Shown here: in pieces, positions 56,450-64,000 of the stretch | Layout: each line of letters opens with the position of its first letter | How positions within the stretch are numbered: the first letter of the stretch is position 1 | From: Candidatus Kapaibacterium sp. | GTDB taxonomy: Bacteria > Bacteroidota > Ignavibacteria > Kapaibacteriales > UBA2268 | Assembly (NCBI GenBank): GCA_032027125.1 | Contig: JAVSMQ010000001.1 | Coordinates: 1,108,149 to 1,172,148, forward strand | DNA: 64,000 nt | Direction: 5' to 3' | Position numbers and translations under genes: made by a program | The notes under the pieces: generated by a model | Seen by the model: the letters and a program-made list of their open reading frames with translations, nothing else | What the model was told of the DNA's origin: nothing | Databases searched by the model: none

Positions 56450-57160
56450 TTAATGACAGCATGAGGCTTTCCCGCTCACGACTTTATCAGGCAGTTGAGG
56501 ACTGATATACGGTATTCCGAGCGACATTCCCCTAAGAATCATTAATACGGCTACAACTGCAACTCCATACGGTATAGCCTTGGTCATTCTTTTTCTAAAA
56601 CTGATTGATAAAAGATTTTTTGAAAAATACATTGATGCCATCATCGGAATCGTACCAATTCCAAAAGCAGCCATGAATAAAGCTGATTCAAGAATTCCTG
56701 TAGCTGCGAATGAACCGGCAAGGGCTATATAAACTAATCCGCAAGGCAGCAAACCATTAAGTAATCCAAGTATAAAAAGAGACAGGATGCTTTTTGATTT
56801 AAAAAATTCCTGAAACAGACTTTTTATTTTCAGAACAAAAGGACTGACTATTCGATTACTATTTATAATGGTATAATATTTTCTTGGTATGATAAGAAAT
56901 AACAGCATCAGAGCGCCTGTTATAATTGCTATATATTCCTGAAACCCTGCCAGACGCAAAGGGGCGCCAATTATGCCGAGCAAAATTCCCATTACGGTAT
57001 AAGTTGTAACTCGTCCGAAATTATAGACAAGGCTCTCCCCTGCCGCACCCATTTTTGTCCGGCTGCGATGAGGTATTGCCATTGCAATAGGACCGCACAT
57101 CCCCAAACAGTGAAAACTGCCGAGAATTCCTAAGATAAATCCATTTGTAATTTCAATCAT
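56450..57160 (-). CDS. TauE/SafE- or DsbD_2-like polytopic membrane protein with paired Cys motifs, co-located with cbb3 assembly genes.
   Basis: 236 aa, ~6-7 TM. HCLGMCGPIA near the N-terminus and LLPCGLVY later; a symmetric two-repeat pattern. Confidence 0.55.
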   Translation of the reverse strand: MIEITNGFILGILGSFHCLGMCGPIAMAIPHRSRTKMGAAGESLVYNFGRVTTYTVMGILLGIIGAPLRLAGFQEYIAIITGALMLLFLIIPRKYYTIINSNRIVSPFVLKIKSLFQEFFKSKSILSLFILGLLNGLLPCGLVYIALAGSFAATGILESALFMAAFGIGTIPMMASMYFSKNLLSISFRKRMTKAIPYGVAVVAVLMILRGMSLGIPYISPQLPDKVVSGKASCCH

Positions 57161-57164
57161 ATAT

Positions 57165-57617
57165 TCAATTTATAATTAGAACTTCTTCGTTATAATATGC
57201 TGAGTCGCCTACAGCCCAGTCAACCTTTATTCTCCACAGACCTTTTGTGAGTTTTTCGTTTTTAATATACTGTATCCATGAATCATCAGGTTTTACAGGC
57301 AATATAAAATCAAGTTTTTTATCGGACGGTCTGAAAAAGGTTATCATTCCTGTAATGTCTGATGTCAATCCTGTTTTCGGATAGGTCAATCTTACGACAT
57401 TATCAACAGTTTCTATTATTAGCGGCAGGGCAAGGTTATTTGTTCTGTTTATTTTGTCAATATTGCTCTGATAATCCAGTTCTTTTTCATAATAATTTTC
57501 ATCAACCAAATCAACTTTATTGAATGATGTAAATATCACGAAACCTATCAGCAGCAGTACAAATGAAACATAAAAGACTGCTATACCGATACCCCAATTC
57601 ATCTTTAATTTTATCAT
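57165..57617 (-). CDS. ccoH: FixH/CcoH-like cbb3 oxidase assembly protein.
   Basis: 150 aa. N-terminal TM (IGIAVFYVSFVLLLIGFVIF) followed by a soluble domain. Lies immediately after ccoG, as ccoH/fixH usually does. Confidence 0.6.
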   Translation of the reverse strand: MIKLKMNWGIGIAVFYVSFVLLLIGFVIFTSFNKVDLVDENYYEKELDYQSNIDKINRTNNLALPLIIETVDNVVRLTYPKTGLTSDITGMITFFRPSDKKLDFILPVKPDDSWIQYIKNEKLTKGLWRIKVDWAVGDSAYYNEEVLIIN

Positions 57618-57630
57618 AATATTCTTTCTA

Positions 57631-59121
57631 TTATTTCATTCCCGGTGCCGGTCCGGTAAATCCTGTTTTAACAACCTGCAAAAGTATATTATTGCTGTAA
57701 ACGCCGATTTTAACTTCATTTCTGGAACCTTTAATATATTTTCTCGGTACTTCCAGAATAAATGTAGCATCTGTATAAGTCTCGGAACCGACATAAATGT
57801 TGTCCTTGCCAATAAGTTTTAGGCTGCTTCGGGGAATATCCAAAACTTTTAGTTCTATCGGCATGGGTTTGAATGTCTTATTAATTATCGTAGCAGTATA
57901 TACATTTGAAATAGTATTTTCGCTTGTTACCTGATACATTGTACCTTTTGCCCTAAGTATTGTTGCCTCTACATCAGAGCGTGTAAGAAGCATACTTCCT
58001 GAAATTATAACCAGTAAGAGAAGTATTACGGAATATAAAATAATTCTTGGTGTAAACCTGAATTTGTGCCCTTCCTCAAGCTGCGACTGACTTGCATATT
58101 TTATGAGTTTTTGGGGTTTGTTAACCTTTATCATAACTTCATCGCAGGCATCAATACAAGCTGTACAGTTTACACATTCAAGCTGGGTGCCGTTTCGGAT
58201 ATCTATACCTGTCGGGCATACTCTTACGCATGCTCCGCAGTCAACACAGTCACCCTGATTATTTGGCTGCTTTTTGAATTTACCGCGTGGTTCGCCGCGA
58301 ATAAAATCATAGGCAACAATTATTGAATTTTTGTCAAGCAGTACAGATTGCAGCCTGCCATAAGGACATACAATAGTACAAGCCTGCTCGCGAAACCATG
58401 AAAAAACGAAATAAAAAAGTCCTGCAAATATCATCAATGCAGAAAATGTACCTGTATGAGCAAATGGTCCGTCTGAAATAAGCAGACCCAGCCTATCAAC
58501 ACCAACAATATAAGCCAAAAATATGTTACTGATAATTACTGATAGAACAATAAAAATTGAATGTTTTAATCCCCGCTTGAATATCTTTTCGCGGTTCCAG
58601 GGACTTGCGGCAAGTTTGGACTGTTGACGTGAGTCCCCTTCTATCAAATATTCAAATTTACGAAATACCATTTCCATAAATATTGTCTGCGGACATGCCC
58701 AACCACACCAAATCCTGCCAAAAACAGCAGTAAAAAGTACAATGAAAATAATTAATGCTAAAAATGAGATTGCCAGTATATGAAAATCCTGGGGCCAGAA
58801 TACGACTCCGAATAATATAAACTTACGCTGCAATACATCCAGAAGTATATATGGATTACCATTTACTTTAATAAATGGTGTACCTGCCATAATGACAATC
58901 AAAATCGCAGCTACAACAATCCTCCAATTATGAAATTTTCCCTTCGGTTTTTTGGGGTAAATACCTATACGATTTCCTTTTTTATCAAGATTTGAAACCC
59001 TGTCTCTAAAAGATACTCCTGTATCGGTGATTAATTTACCTGAATCTTTATCATTTTTTTCAATAGTACCTTTTAATTTCAACTCTTTAAATGAACTGTC
59101 TTCTTTCATGTCAACCATCAC
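57631..59121 (-). CDS. ccoG: CcoG/FixG: membrane-bound ferredoxin (cupric reductase) required for cbb3 oxidase maturation.
   Basis: Multiple TM helices plus two FeS motifs (CTIVCPYGRLQS and CVDCGACVRVCPTGIDIRNG...CVNCTACIDACD). C-terminal beta-rich domain. 496 aa. Confidence 0.85.
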   Translation of the reverse strand: MMVDMKEDSSFKELKLKGTIEKNDKDSGKLITDTGVSFRDRVSNLDKKGNRIGIYPKKPKGKFHNWRIVVAAILIVIMAGTPFIKVNGNPYILLDVLQRKFILFGVVFWPQDFHILAISFLALIIFIVLFTAVFGRIWCGWACPQTIFMEMVFRKFEYLIEGDSRQQSKLAASPWNREKIFKRGLKHSIFIVLSVIISNIFLAYIVGVDRLGLLISDGPFAHTGTFSALMIFAGLFYFVFSWFREQACTIVCPYGRLQSVLLDKNSIIVAYDFIRGEPRGKFKKQPNNQGDCVDCGACVRVCPTGIDIRNGTQLECVNCTACIDACDEVMIKVNKPQKLIKYASQSQLEEGHKFRFTPRIILYSVILLLLVIISGSMLLTRSDVEATILRAKGTMYQVTSENTISNVYTATIINKTFKPMPIELKVLDIPRSSLKLIGKDNIYVGSETYTDATFILEVPRKYIKGSRNEVKIGVYSNNILLQVVKTGFTGPAPGMK

Positions 59122-59339
59122 TTTAAATATCTTAAATAAGATATTTCCTTTTTATATATACAATCTTTCAAAAAAAATTTACAAGTACATCCAAGTAATA
59201 ATATTTACATCTGCTCAATCAACTAATCAAAACATTTACTCTTTACAAACTACAAATATAGTAACTTTCGATAAGAATTTGTCCTCAGTCGGCAGTGACT
59301 GATACATTCTATTATTTTTCAAATAAAAACCCTTGATTT

Positions 59340-59412
59340 GTCACTCTGAGCTTGCGAAGAGTCCAGGCTGTTAATTAATGAATACATGGACTCTTCGCAA
59401 GCTCAGAGTGAC
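59340..59412. repeat. Copy A of the long-palindrome repeat family: a perfect 25/28-nt inverted repeat around a 20-nt loop.
   Basis: gtcactctgagcttgcgaagagtccagg-ctgttaattaatgaatacat-ggactcttcgcaagctcagagtgac. The two arms are exact reverse complements. Confidence 0.9.
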
Positions 59413-59438
59413 AAGTTCAATTAAAATTCTACGAATTT

Positions 59439-59542
59439 CGTAAAACGTAAAAACAGTACTTTTTTGCTTGTCATACTAAACGAAGTGAAGCATCCAGGCT
59501 GTTAATCAATGAAATCCTGGACTCTTCGCTGGCTCAGAGTGA
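59439..59542. repeat. Copy B of the long-palindrome repeat family (leader plus imperfect IR), in tandem with copy A in the ccoP-ccoG spacer.
   Basis: cgtaaaacgtaaaaacagtacttttttgcttg + gtcatactaaacgaagtgaagcatccagg-ctgttaatcaatgaaatcct-ggactcttcgctggctcagagtgac. Leader and asymmetric arm pattern match copy C at 33479-33577. Confidence 0.85.
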
Positions 59543-59761
59543 CAAATTCTGAAGTTTCAGTTTAAAATTCAAAGAACGTATCAGCCCTGCACCTATAGGT
59601 AACAGTAATCCGTTTATCACTGTCCCATTAATATAAGCTGTTTTTTTCTTGAATTATCAATACATCATTACTTTAAGAATTTCATGTTTATTTCAATGAA
59701 CATATTGAATCTACTTCAATTTGACAATTTATTTAGGACATCTCCCTTTTATCAATCAAAT

Positions 59762-60337
59762 TTAATCTTCAGGTGGATTTCCCTGAGGAGCTTTCGGATT
59801 CGGAGGATTAGACCCTTCCAAACTCAGAATATAACTTGCAACTTTACGTACGTCATCAGGTTTAAGCAGCGGTTTCCAGGAAATCATTCCCTTATCAGGT
59901 ACACCGTTGATTATTGTTTTCATCGTATTTTCTATACCGAAACCGTGAATGGAATAATTATCGGTCAGATTAGGACCGATACCGCCTTCTCCGGAATTCC
60001 CGTGGCAGGACACACAATTTTTCATAAAGATTTCTTTACCGGATTCAAGGCTTGCCGGGTCATTAGCAGCTTCAAAAACAACATTTGACCACATTTGATT
60101 CATATTTTTGGCAATTTTAGCATATTCATCCGAACTCACCTTAAATTCTGCTGCATATTCCTGCGTCTGATTAGGTCCCATATCCGAAACGTGATAATAA
60201 AACATATATATCAAACTCCAGATAATAGTCAGAATAAACAGCCCAACCCACCATCTCGGTAAAGGATTATCAAATTCCTGAATTCCGTCGTAATTATGTT
60301 CTAAAATTTTGTCTTCATCTTCAGACATAATATTCAC
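59762..60337 (-). CDS. ccoP: cbb3-type cytochrome c oxidase subunit CcoP, short monoheme form.
   Basis: N-terminus DKILEHNYDGIQEFDNPLPRWW (CcoP signature) with a TM helix. A single CVSCHGNSGEGGIGPNLTD. 191 aa. Confidence 0.8.
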   Translation of the reverse strand: MNIMSEDEDKILEHNYDGIQEFDNPLPRWWVGLFILTIIWSLIYMFYYHVSDMGPNQTQEYAAEFKVSSDEYAKIAKNMNQMWSNVVFEAANDPASLESGKEIFMKNCVSCHGNSGEGGIGPNLTDNYSIHGFGIENTMKTIINGVPDKGMISWKPLLKPDDVRKVASYILSLEGSNPPNPKAPQGNPPED

Positions 60338-60348
60338 CCTTTATAAAT

Positions 60349-60519
60349 TTAATTATTATCTTCATTTTCAAGCGGCAGATTTCCCATATACGAAACAAAT
60401 CTTTTATCCAGCCTGTAAACCATAATCAGTACAGTAATAAAAAAAGCGAAGAAAAAAAGGAGCGTCAACACCGGATAAATTTCAATTCCTTCAATATGAC
60501 CGAAAATATTCCTAAACAT
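60349..60519 (-). CDS. ccoQ: CcoQ/FixQ-like small membrane subunit of the cbb3 oxidase. Start set at MFRNIFGH; the longer ORF runs to 60588 and overlaps ccoNO.
   Basis: ~56 aa with one TM (IYPVLTLLFFFAFFITVLIMVY). AGGAGAG Shine-Dalgarno upstream of the chosen ATG. Located between ccoNO and ccoP. Confidence 0.6.
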   Translation of the reverse strand: MFRNIFGHIEGIEIYPVLTLLFFFAFFITVLIMVYRLDKRFVSYMGNLPLENEDNN

Positions 60520-60529
60520 TTTTACTCTC

Positions 60530-62692
60530 CTATTTAAGATTATTATTGCTGCCCTTAATATCTGTACCCAATCTTTGCAGGTAAGCAATCAAGGCAATTA
60601 TCTTTTTATCGGCTGAGGTAGTAATACCTGCCGTCGCTAAATCCGCAGTTACTTCGCGTGCCTGAGTCAGAACATCATTTTTAGCATACTTGTCGTAATT
60701 TTTCGGATAAGGAACATTAAGTGTAATCATAGTTCTGATTTTGGATGCAATACCGGAAGTATCATAATTATCTTCAAGTAACCATGGATAACGAGGCATA
60801 ATCGAACCGGGTGATATAGACTGAGGGTCATACATGTGCTGGTAATGCCAGGCATTTGGATATTTACCTCCTACTCTGTGTAAGTCTGGTCCGGTACGTT
60901 TCGAACCCCATTGAAACGGATAATCATATACAAATTCACCTGCTTTTGAATATTCACCGTATCTCTCAGTTTCAGAGCGAAACGGACGGACAAGCTGCGA
61001 ATGACAGGTATAACAACCTTCTGATACATATAAATCCCTTCCAATTAATTCAAGCGGAGTATAAGGCTTTACACTAGGTATTGTCGGTACATTGGATTTA
61101 ATAACCTGTAATGGCACAATCTCGAATAAACCGCCTATTAATATTACAACGAGAGATGCTATAATAAACGGAACCGGCTTACCTTCGAGCCATCTGTGAT
61201 TAAGTTTTTCTTTTTCAACATTATGCAGCCCGGCAGCCCTGACAGTTTCGTTTGCTGTGAAATTGCCCTGCCGCGTGGTCTTGAATAAGTTCCAAACCAT
61301 TATACATGCACCGGTCAAAAACAACAACCCGCCGATAGACCTTATAAAATACATCGGAACCAAATGAGTTACGGTTTCCAGAAAGTTTCTGTAGAGAAGA
61401 AATCCTTCAGGGGAAAACTGCTTCCACATCAAACCCTGAGTAATACCTGCCCAATATATCGGTACAGCATACACTAAAATTCCGATTGTTGCAATCCAGA
61501 AATGTGAATTCGCAAGTTTTTTGGAGTATAAATTTGTATTCCATAACTTCGGAACAAGCCAGTAAAGTATTCCGAAAGTCAGCATCCCGTTCCAGCCGAG
61601 CGCTCCGACGTGTACATGTGCAATAGTCCAGTCTGTAAAATGAGACAGTGCATTTACACTTTTTATGGACAGCATAGGTCCTTCAAAAGTAGCCATACCG
61701 TATGCAGTAATTGCGACTACCATAAACTTCAAAACCGGCTCCTCACGAACCTTATCCCATGCACCTCTCAGTGTAAGCAATCCGTTTATCATACCGCCCC
61801 AGGACGGAGCAATTAGCATGATAGAGAAAACAGTACCAAGGGACTGTGCCCAATCAGGTAAGGATGAATATAATAAATGATGCGGACCAGCCCAGATATA
61901 TAAAAATATTAATGACCAAAAATGAATTATTGACAATTTATATGAATATACAGGACGGTTTGCGGCTTTAGGAAGAAAATAATACATTAATCCCAGAAAT
62001 GGAGTAGTCAGAAAAAATGCTACTGCATTATGACCATACCACCACTGCACTAAAGCATCCTGGACACCGGCATAAATAGGATAACTGTGTAAAAAACCGG
62101 TTGGAATAGCCAATGAATTGACTACATGCAAAACCGTAACAGTAACCCACGATGCTATATAGAACCAAAGAGCAACATACATGTGTTTTTCACGGCGTTT
62201 GACCAATGTCATAAACATATTTATACCGAAAACAATCCAAACCAAAGCAACGGCAACATCTATGGGCCATATCAACTCAGCATACTCTTTACCCTGTGAA
62301 AAACCGAGCGGAAAAGTAACAGCAGCAGACACAATAATCAACTGCCAACCCCAAAAATGCACTTTGCTCAGTAAATCACTCCACATTCTTGCTTTGGTAA
62401 GTCTTTGGAGAGAATAATATACTCCCATAAAAATTGCATTACCAACAAAAGCAAAAATTACTGCATTTGTATGCAGCGGACGTAATCTTCCGAATGATAA
62501 CCATGGAACACCAAAATCCAGCATAGGCAGATAAGCAGGAACATAGAGCTGAATCGCAATTATTAAACCTACTAAAAAACCTACAATACCCCAAACAACA
62601 GTTGCCCAGGTAAACTGTCTGACAATATTATTATCATAGCTGAAGGTTTCAAGCTGCCCGCCCTGATTAATCACAGTATCGTTATGTGTCAT
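60530..62692 (-). CDS. ccoNO: Fused cbb3-type cytochrome c oxidase subunits I+II (CcoN-CcoO).
   Basis: N-terminal 12-TM heme-copper oxidase domain (HTNAVIFAF..., HFWSLIFLYIWAGPHH, WTIAHVHVGALGW). Then a linker TM and a monoheme domain CYTCHSQLVRPF...GPDLHRVGGKY...SIMPRY. 720 aa. Confidence 0.9.
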   Translation of the reverse strand: MTHNDTVINQGGQLETFSYDNNIVRQFTWATVVWGIVGFLVGLIIAIQLYVPAYLPMLDFGVPWLSFGRLRPLHTNAVIFAFVGNAIFMGVYYSLQRLTKARMWSDLLSKVHFWGWQLIIVSAAVTFPLGFSQGKEYAELIWPIDVAVALVWIVFGINMFMTLVKRREKHMYVALWFYIASWVTVTVLHVVNSLAIPTGFLHSYPIYAGVQDALVQWWYGHNAVAFFLTTPFLGLMYYFLPKAANRPVYSYKLSIIHFWSLIFLYIWAGPHHLLYSSLPDWAQSLGTVFSIMLIAPSWGGMINGLLTLRGAWDKVREEPVLKFMVVAITAYGMATFEGPMLSIKSVNALSHFTDWTIAHVHVGALGWNGMLTFGILYWLVPKLWNTNLYSKKLANSHFWIATIGILVYAVPIYWAGITQGLMWKQFSPEGFLLYRNFLETVTHLVPMYFIRSIGGLLFLTGACIMVWNLFKTTRQGNFTANETVRAAGLHNVEKEKLNHRWLEGKPVPFIIASLVVILIGGLFEIVPLQVIKSNVPTIPSVKPYTPLELIGRDLYVSEGCYTCHSQLVRPFRSETERYGEYSKAGEFVYDYPFQWGSKRTGPDLHRVGGKYPNAWHYQHMYDPQSISPGSIMPRYPWLLEDNYDTSGIASKIRTMITLNVPYPKNYDKYAKNDVLTQAREVTADLATAGITTSADKKIIALIAYLQRLGTDIKGSNNNLK

Positions 62693-62708
62693 AATTATTC
62701 CGGTTTAT

Positions 62709-62873
62709 TTATTTAACATTTGATAATTTTTGTTCTTTCTCTTCGTTGAGAAGTCTCATCGAAGGAGTATATGTATCCTCAAACTGGTCGGTACGAACAG
62801 CCCACAAAAATGCAGCCAGAAATATTGCCGCCACCATTAGACTTGCCGCCATCAGAAGAATTATTACACTCAT
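62709..62873 (-). CDS. ccoS: CcoS/FixS cbb3 oxidase maturation peptide (54 aa). Absent from the supplied ORF track because it is shorter than 60 aa.
   Basis: The minus-strand translation MSVIILLMAASLMVAAIFLAAFLWAVRTDQFEDTYTPSMRLLNEEKEQKLSNVK fits the CcoS pattern (single TM, ...AFLWAVRSGQFDD-like). It lies directly upstream of ccoNO. Confidence 0.7.
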   Translation of the reverse strand: MSVIILLMAASLMVAAIFLAAFLWAVRTDQFEDTYTPSMRLLNEEKEQKLSNVK

Positions 62874-63074
62874 AATCTATTATTTAGTTAAAAGTATTCA
62901 ATATATTAGCAATAACTAAAACAATAATTGATAATTATACCTGAACAAAACTTTAAAATAAACAAAATAATTAATATTCTTATCCTGTAAACATTTTTTT
63001 GTATAATAAGTGTGGTTTGTTGGGAACGGCAAATAGCTTTTATGCTATGAATTTACCAAAATACGAAAAAAATT

Positions 63075-63103
63075 ATTCCGGCTCTTAGACAAAGAGCCGG
63101 AAT
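63075..63103 (-). terminator. Rho-independent terminator after the OM beta-barrel gene.
   Basis: On the minus strand: attccggctcttt-gtct-aagagccggaat followed by aattttttt. Confidence 0.75.
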
Positions 63104-63119
63104 TTTTAAATAATTTCAT

Positions 63120-63722
63120 TTATAGAAGTTTCCAGCCGAGTGTGACAAGAAATGTATGGGCTTTGGCACTGAAATTCTGATTTCCATAAGAACCGCTGTA
63201 AATGTCACTTAAAGGGTATTCATAACGAATATTCAGAATAAATGACATAAAATCAACACCCGCTCCGACTTGAACACCCCAGGTAAAATCCTCAAAACTT
63301 TTTTTATCAAATGTACTGCCTATATCATTCATTCCTTTATCTGCAATGATGGACATTACAGGTCCTGCCTGTACATTTACACCAAGCATATCGCCATCAA
63401 TTAATTTTAATCCAAGCATTACAGGGATTTGGAACATACCTGTATGTCCCTCGGTTCTTGCAAATGCTCCATCAACGACTTCACCCTGAAACTCCTGATA
63501 ACCGCCGCGGCTTGCATATAATAATTCAGGCTGTAAAAAGAATTTATCGCCTAATCTGGCAAAAATTCCGAATTGAAAACCGCTTTTAAGATTACCATTT
63601 ATGTCATCCCAGTCGGAAGTCAATGTAGTAGCATTATATCCAATGGCTACACCGGCATTAAATGAGGAGTAAGCAGCCATAGGTGCTATTAGGAACATCA
63701 AAACAACAATTACTTTTTTCAT
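63120..63722 (-). CDS. Small outer-membrane beta-barrel protein (OmpA-like/PorT-family 8-strand barrel).
   Basis: Signal peptide MKKVIVVLMFLIAPMAAYS. Alternating-hydrophobic beta strands. Ends ...HTFLVTLGWKLL with the terminal aromatic-x-hydrophobic typical of OM barrels. Confidence 0.65.
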   Translation of the reverse strand: MKKVIVVLMFLIAPMAAYSSFNAGVAIGYNATTLTSDWDDINGNLKSGFQFGIFARLGDKFFLQPELLYASRGGYQEFQGEVVDGAFARTEGHTGMFQIPVMLGLKLIDGDMLGVNVQAGPVMSIIADKGMNDIGSTFDKKSFEDFTWGVQVGAGVDFMSFILNIRYEYPLSDIYSGSYGNQNFSAKAHTFLVTLGWKLL

Positions 63723-63788
63723 ACTTTTACCTTCATATAATTATACATTTAGTTTCGACGAAAAACCTGAAAAATAGTTTCATTTTTT

Positions 63789-64000
63789 TTATTTTAAAAT
63801 TGTAATTCTGCTGAGTAATAATTTAAACCTTCTATAAAGAAGCACAGCAGCAAGAATAAGTCCTGCTACATAACCAAGCCAAATCCCCACTGCTCCGATT
63901 TCAAACACAATACCAAGTAAATATCCAACAGGCAGAGCAACAATCCAATAAGACAGCAACGCAATAAGTGTTGGTACTTTGACATCCTCAAGTCCGCGTA
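63789..64000 (-). CDS. C-terminal end of a MATE-family efflux transporter. Partial; the 5' part lies beyond the window.
   Basis: Minus-strand translation ...RGLEDVKVPTLIALLSYWIVALPVGYLLGIVFEIGAVGIWLGYVAGLILAAVLLYRRFKLL... matches the last two TM helices of MatE/NorM proteins. Confidence 0.6.
   Translation of the reverse strand, partial: RGLEDVKVPTLIALLSYWIVALPVGYLLGIVFEIGAVGIWLGYVAGLILAAVLLYRRFKLLLSRITILK

Noticed and set aside
59027-60088. Plus-strand ORFs 59027-59302 and 59684-60088.
   Set aside because: The first overlaps the ccoG 5' end and the AT-rich spacer. The second is antisense to ccoP. Neither has conserved features.
1-64000. Scanned spacers longer than 150 bp (1145-1352, 14981-15205, 26890-27100, 33346-33760, 37694-38104, 40219-40832, 56029-56449, 59122-59761, 62874-63119) for tRNA, tmRNA, RNase P or SRP RNA signatures.
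   Set aside because: I found no T-arm GTTCRANYC-type boxes within cloverleaf-compatible context and no recognisable conserved RNA motifs. Without a covariance-model search, absence cannot be certain.

Overview
The window is an AT-rich (roughly mid-30s % GC) chromosomal segment from a Gram-negative bacterium. I think it is most likely a Bacteroidota/Ignavibacteriota/Chlorobi-group organism. Evidence is two giant cargo proteins and one orphan fragment carrying type IX secretion (T9SS) C-terminal sorting domains, a fused ccoN-ccoO cbb3 oxidase gene, and an alternative complex III (ACIII, act genes) beside an aa3-type oxidase. The first ~22 kb is mostly housekeeping: pseudouridine synthase, pdxH, a PPi-type phosphofructokinase, hslO, miaA, a CDF transporter, lysC-lysA, and an M16 peptidase. 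The interval 22.8-29.6 kb is accessory-like: a 1364-aa T9SS cargo protein, an orphan T9SS C-terminal-domain remnant, a 21-nt x ~10 tandem heptad repeat, and a signal-less FN3-domain protein. The interval 29.8-33.3 kb encodes a three-gene module related to the Hmc electron-transfer complex of Desulfovibrio: a Tat-exported FeS protein, an NrfD-family membrane protein and a 13-heme c3-type cytochrome. From 40.8 to 62.9 kb there is a contiguous aerobic respiratory island on the minus strand. It holds a membrane-protein/cytochrome c fusion, ctaB, coxB-coxIV-coxC-coxA, sco1, a monoheme cytochrome c, ACIII actA-(small Tat ORF)-actB-actC-actDE-actF, and ccoS-ccoNO-ccoQ-ccoP-ccoG-ccoH plus a TauE/DsbD_2-like protein. 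Two families of intergenic repeats recur. One is a ~75-100 bp long-palindrome element in 3 copies, two of them inserted in tandem between ccoP and ccoG. The other is a short G/C-rich hairpin sharing the core cTAAcCCCTCCTT...AAGGAGGGG in 3-4 copies. I found no rRNA, tRNA, CRISPR array or recognisable transposase. All calls come from reading the sequence and ORF translations against family signatures I know; no database searches were run.
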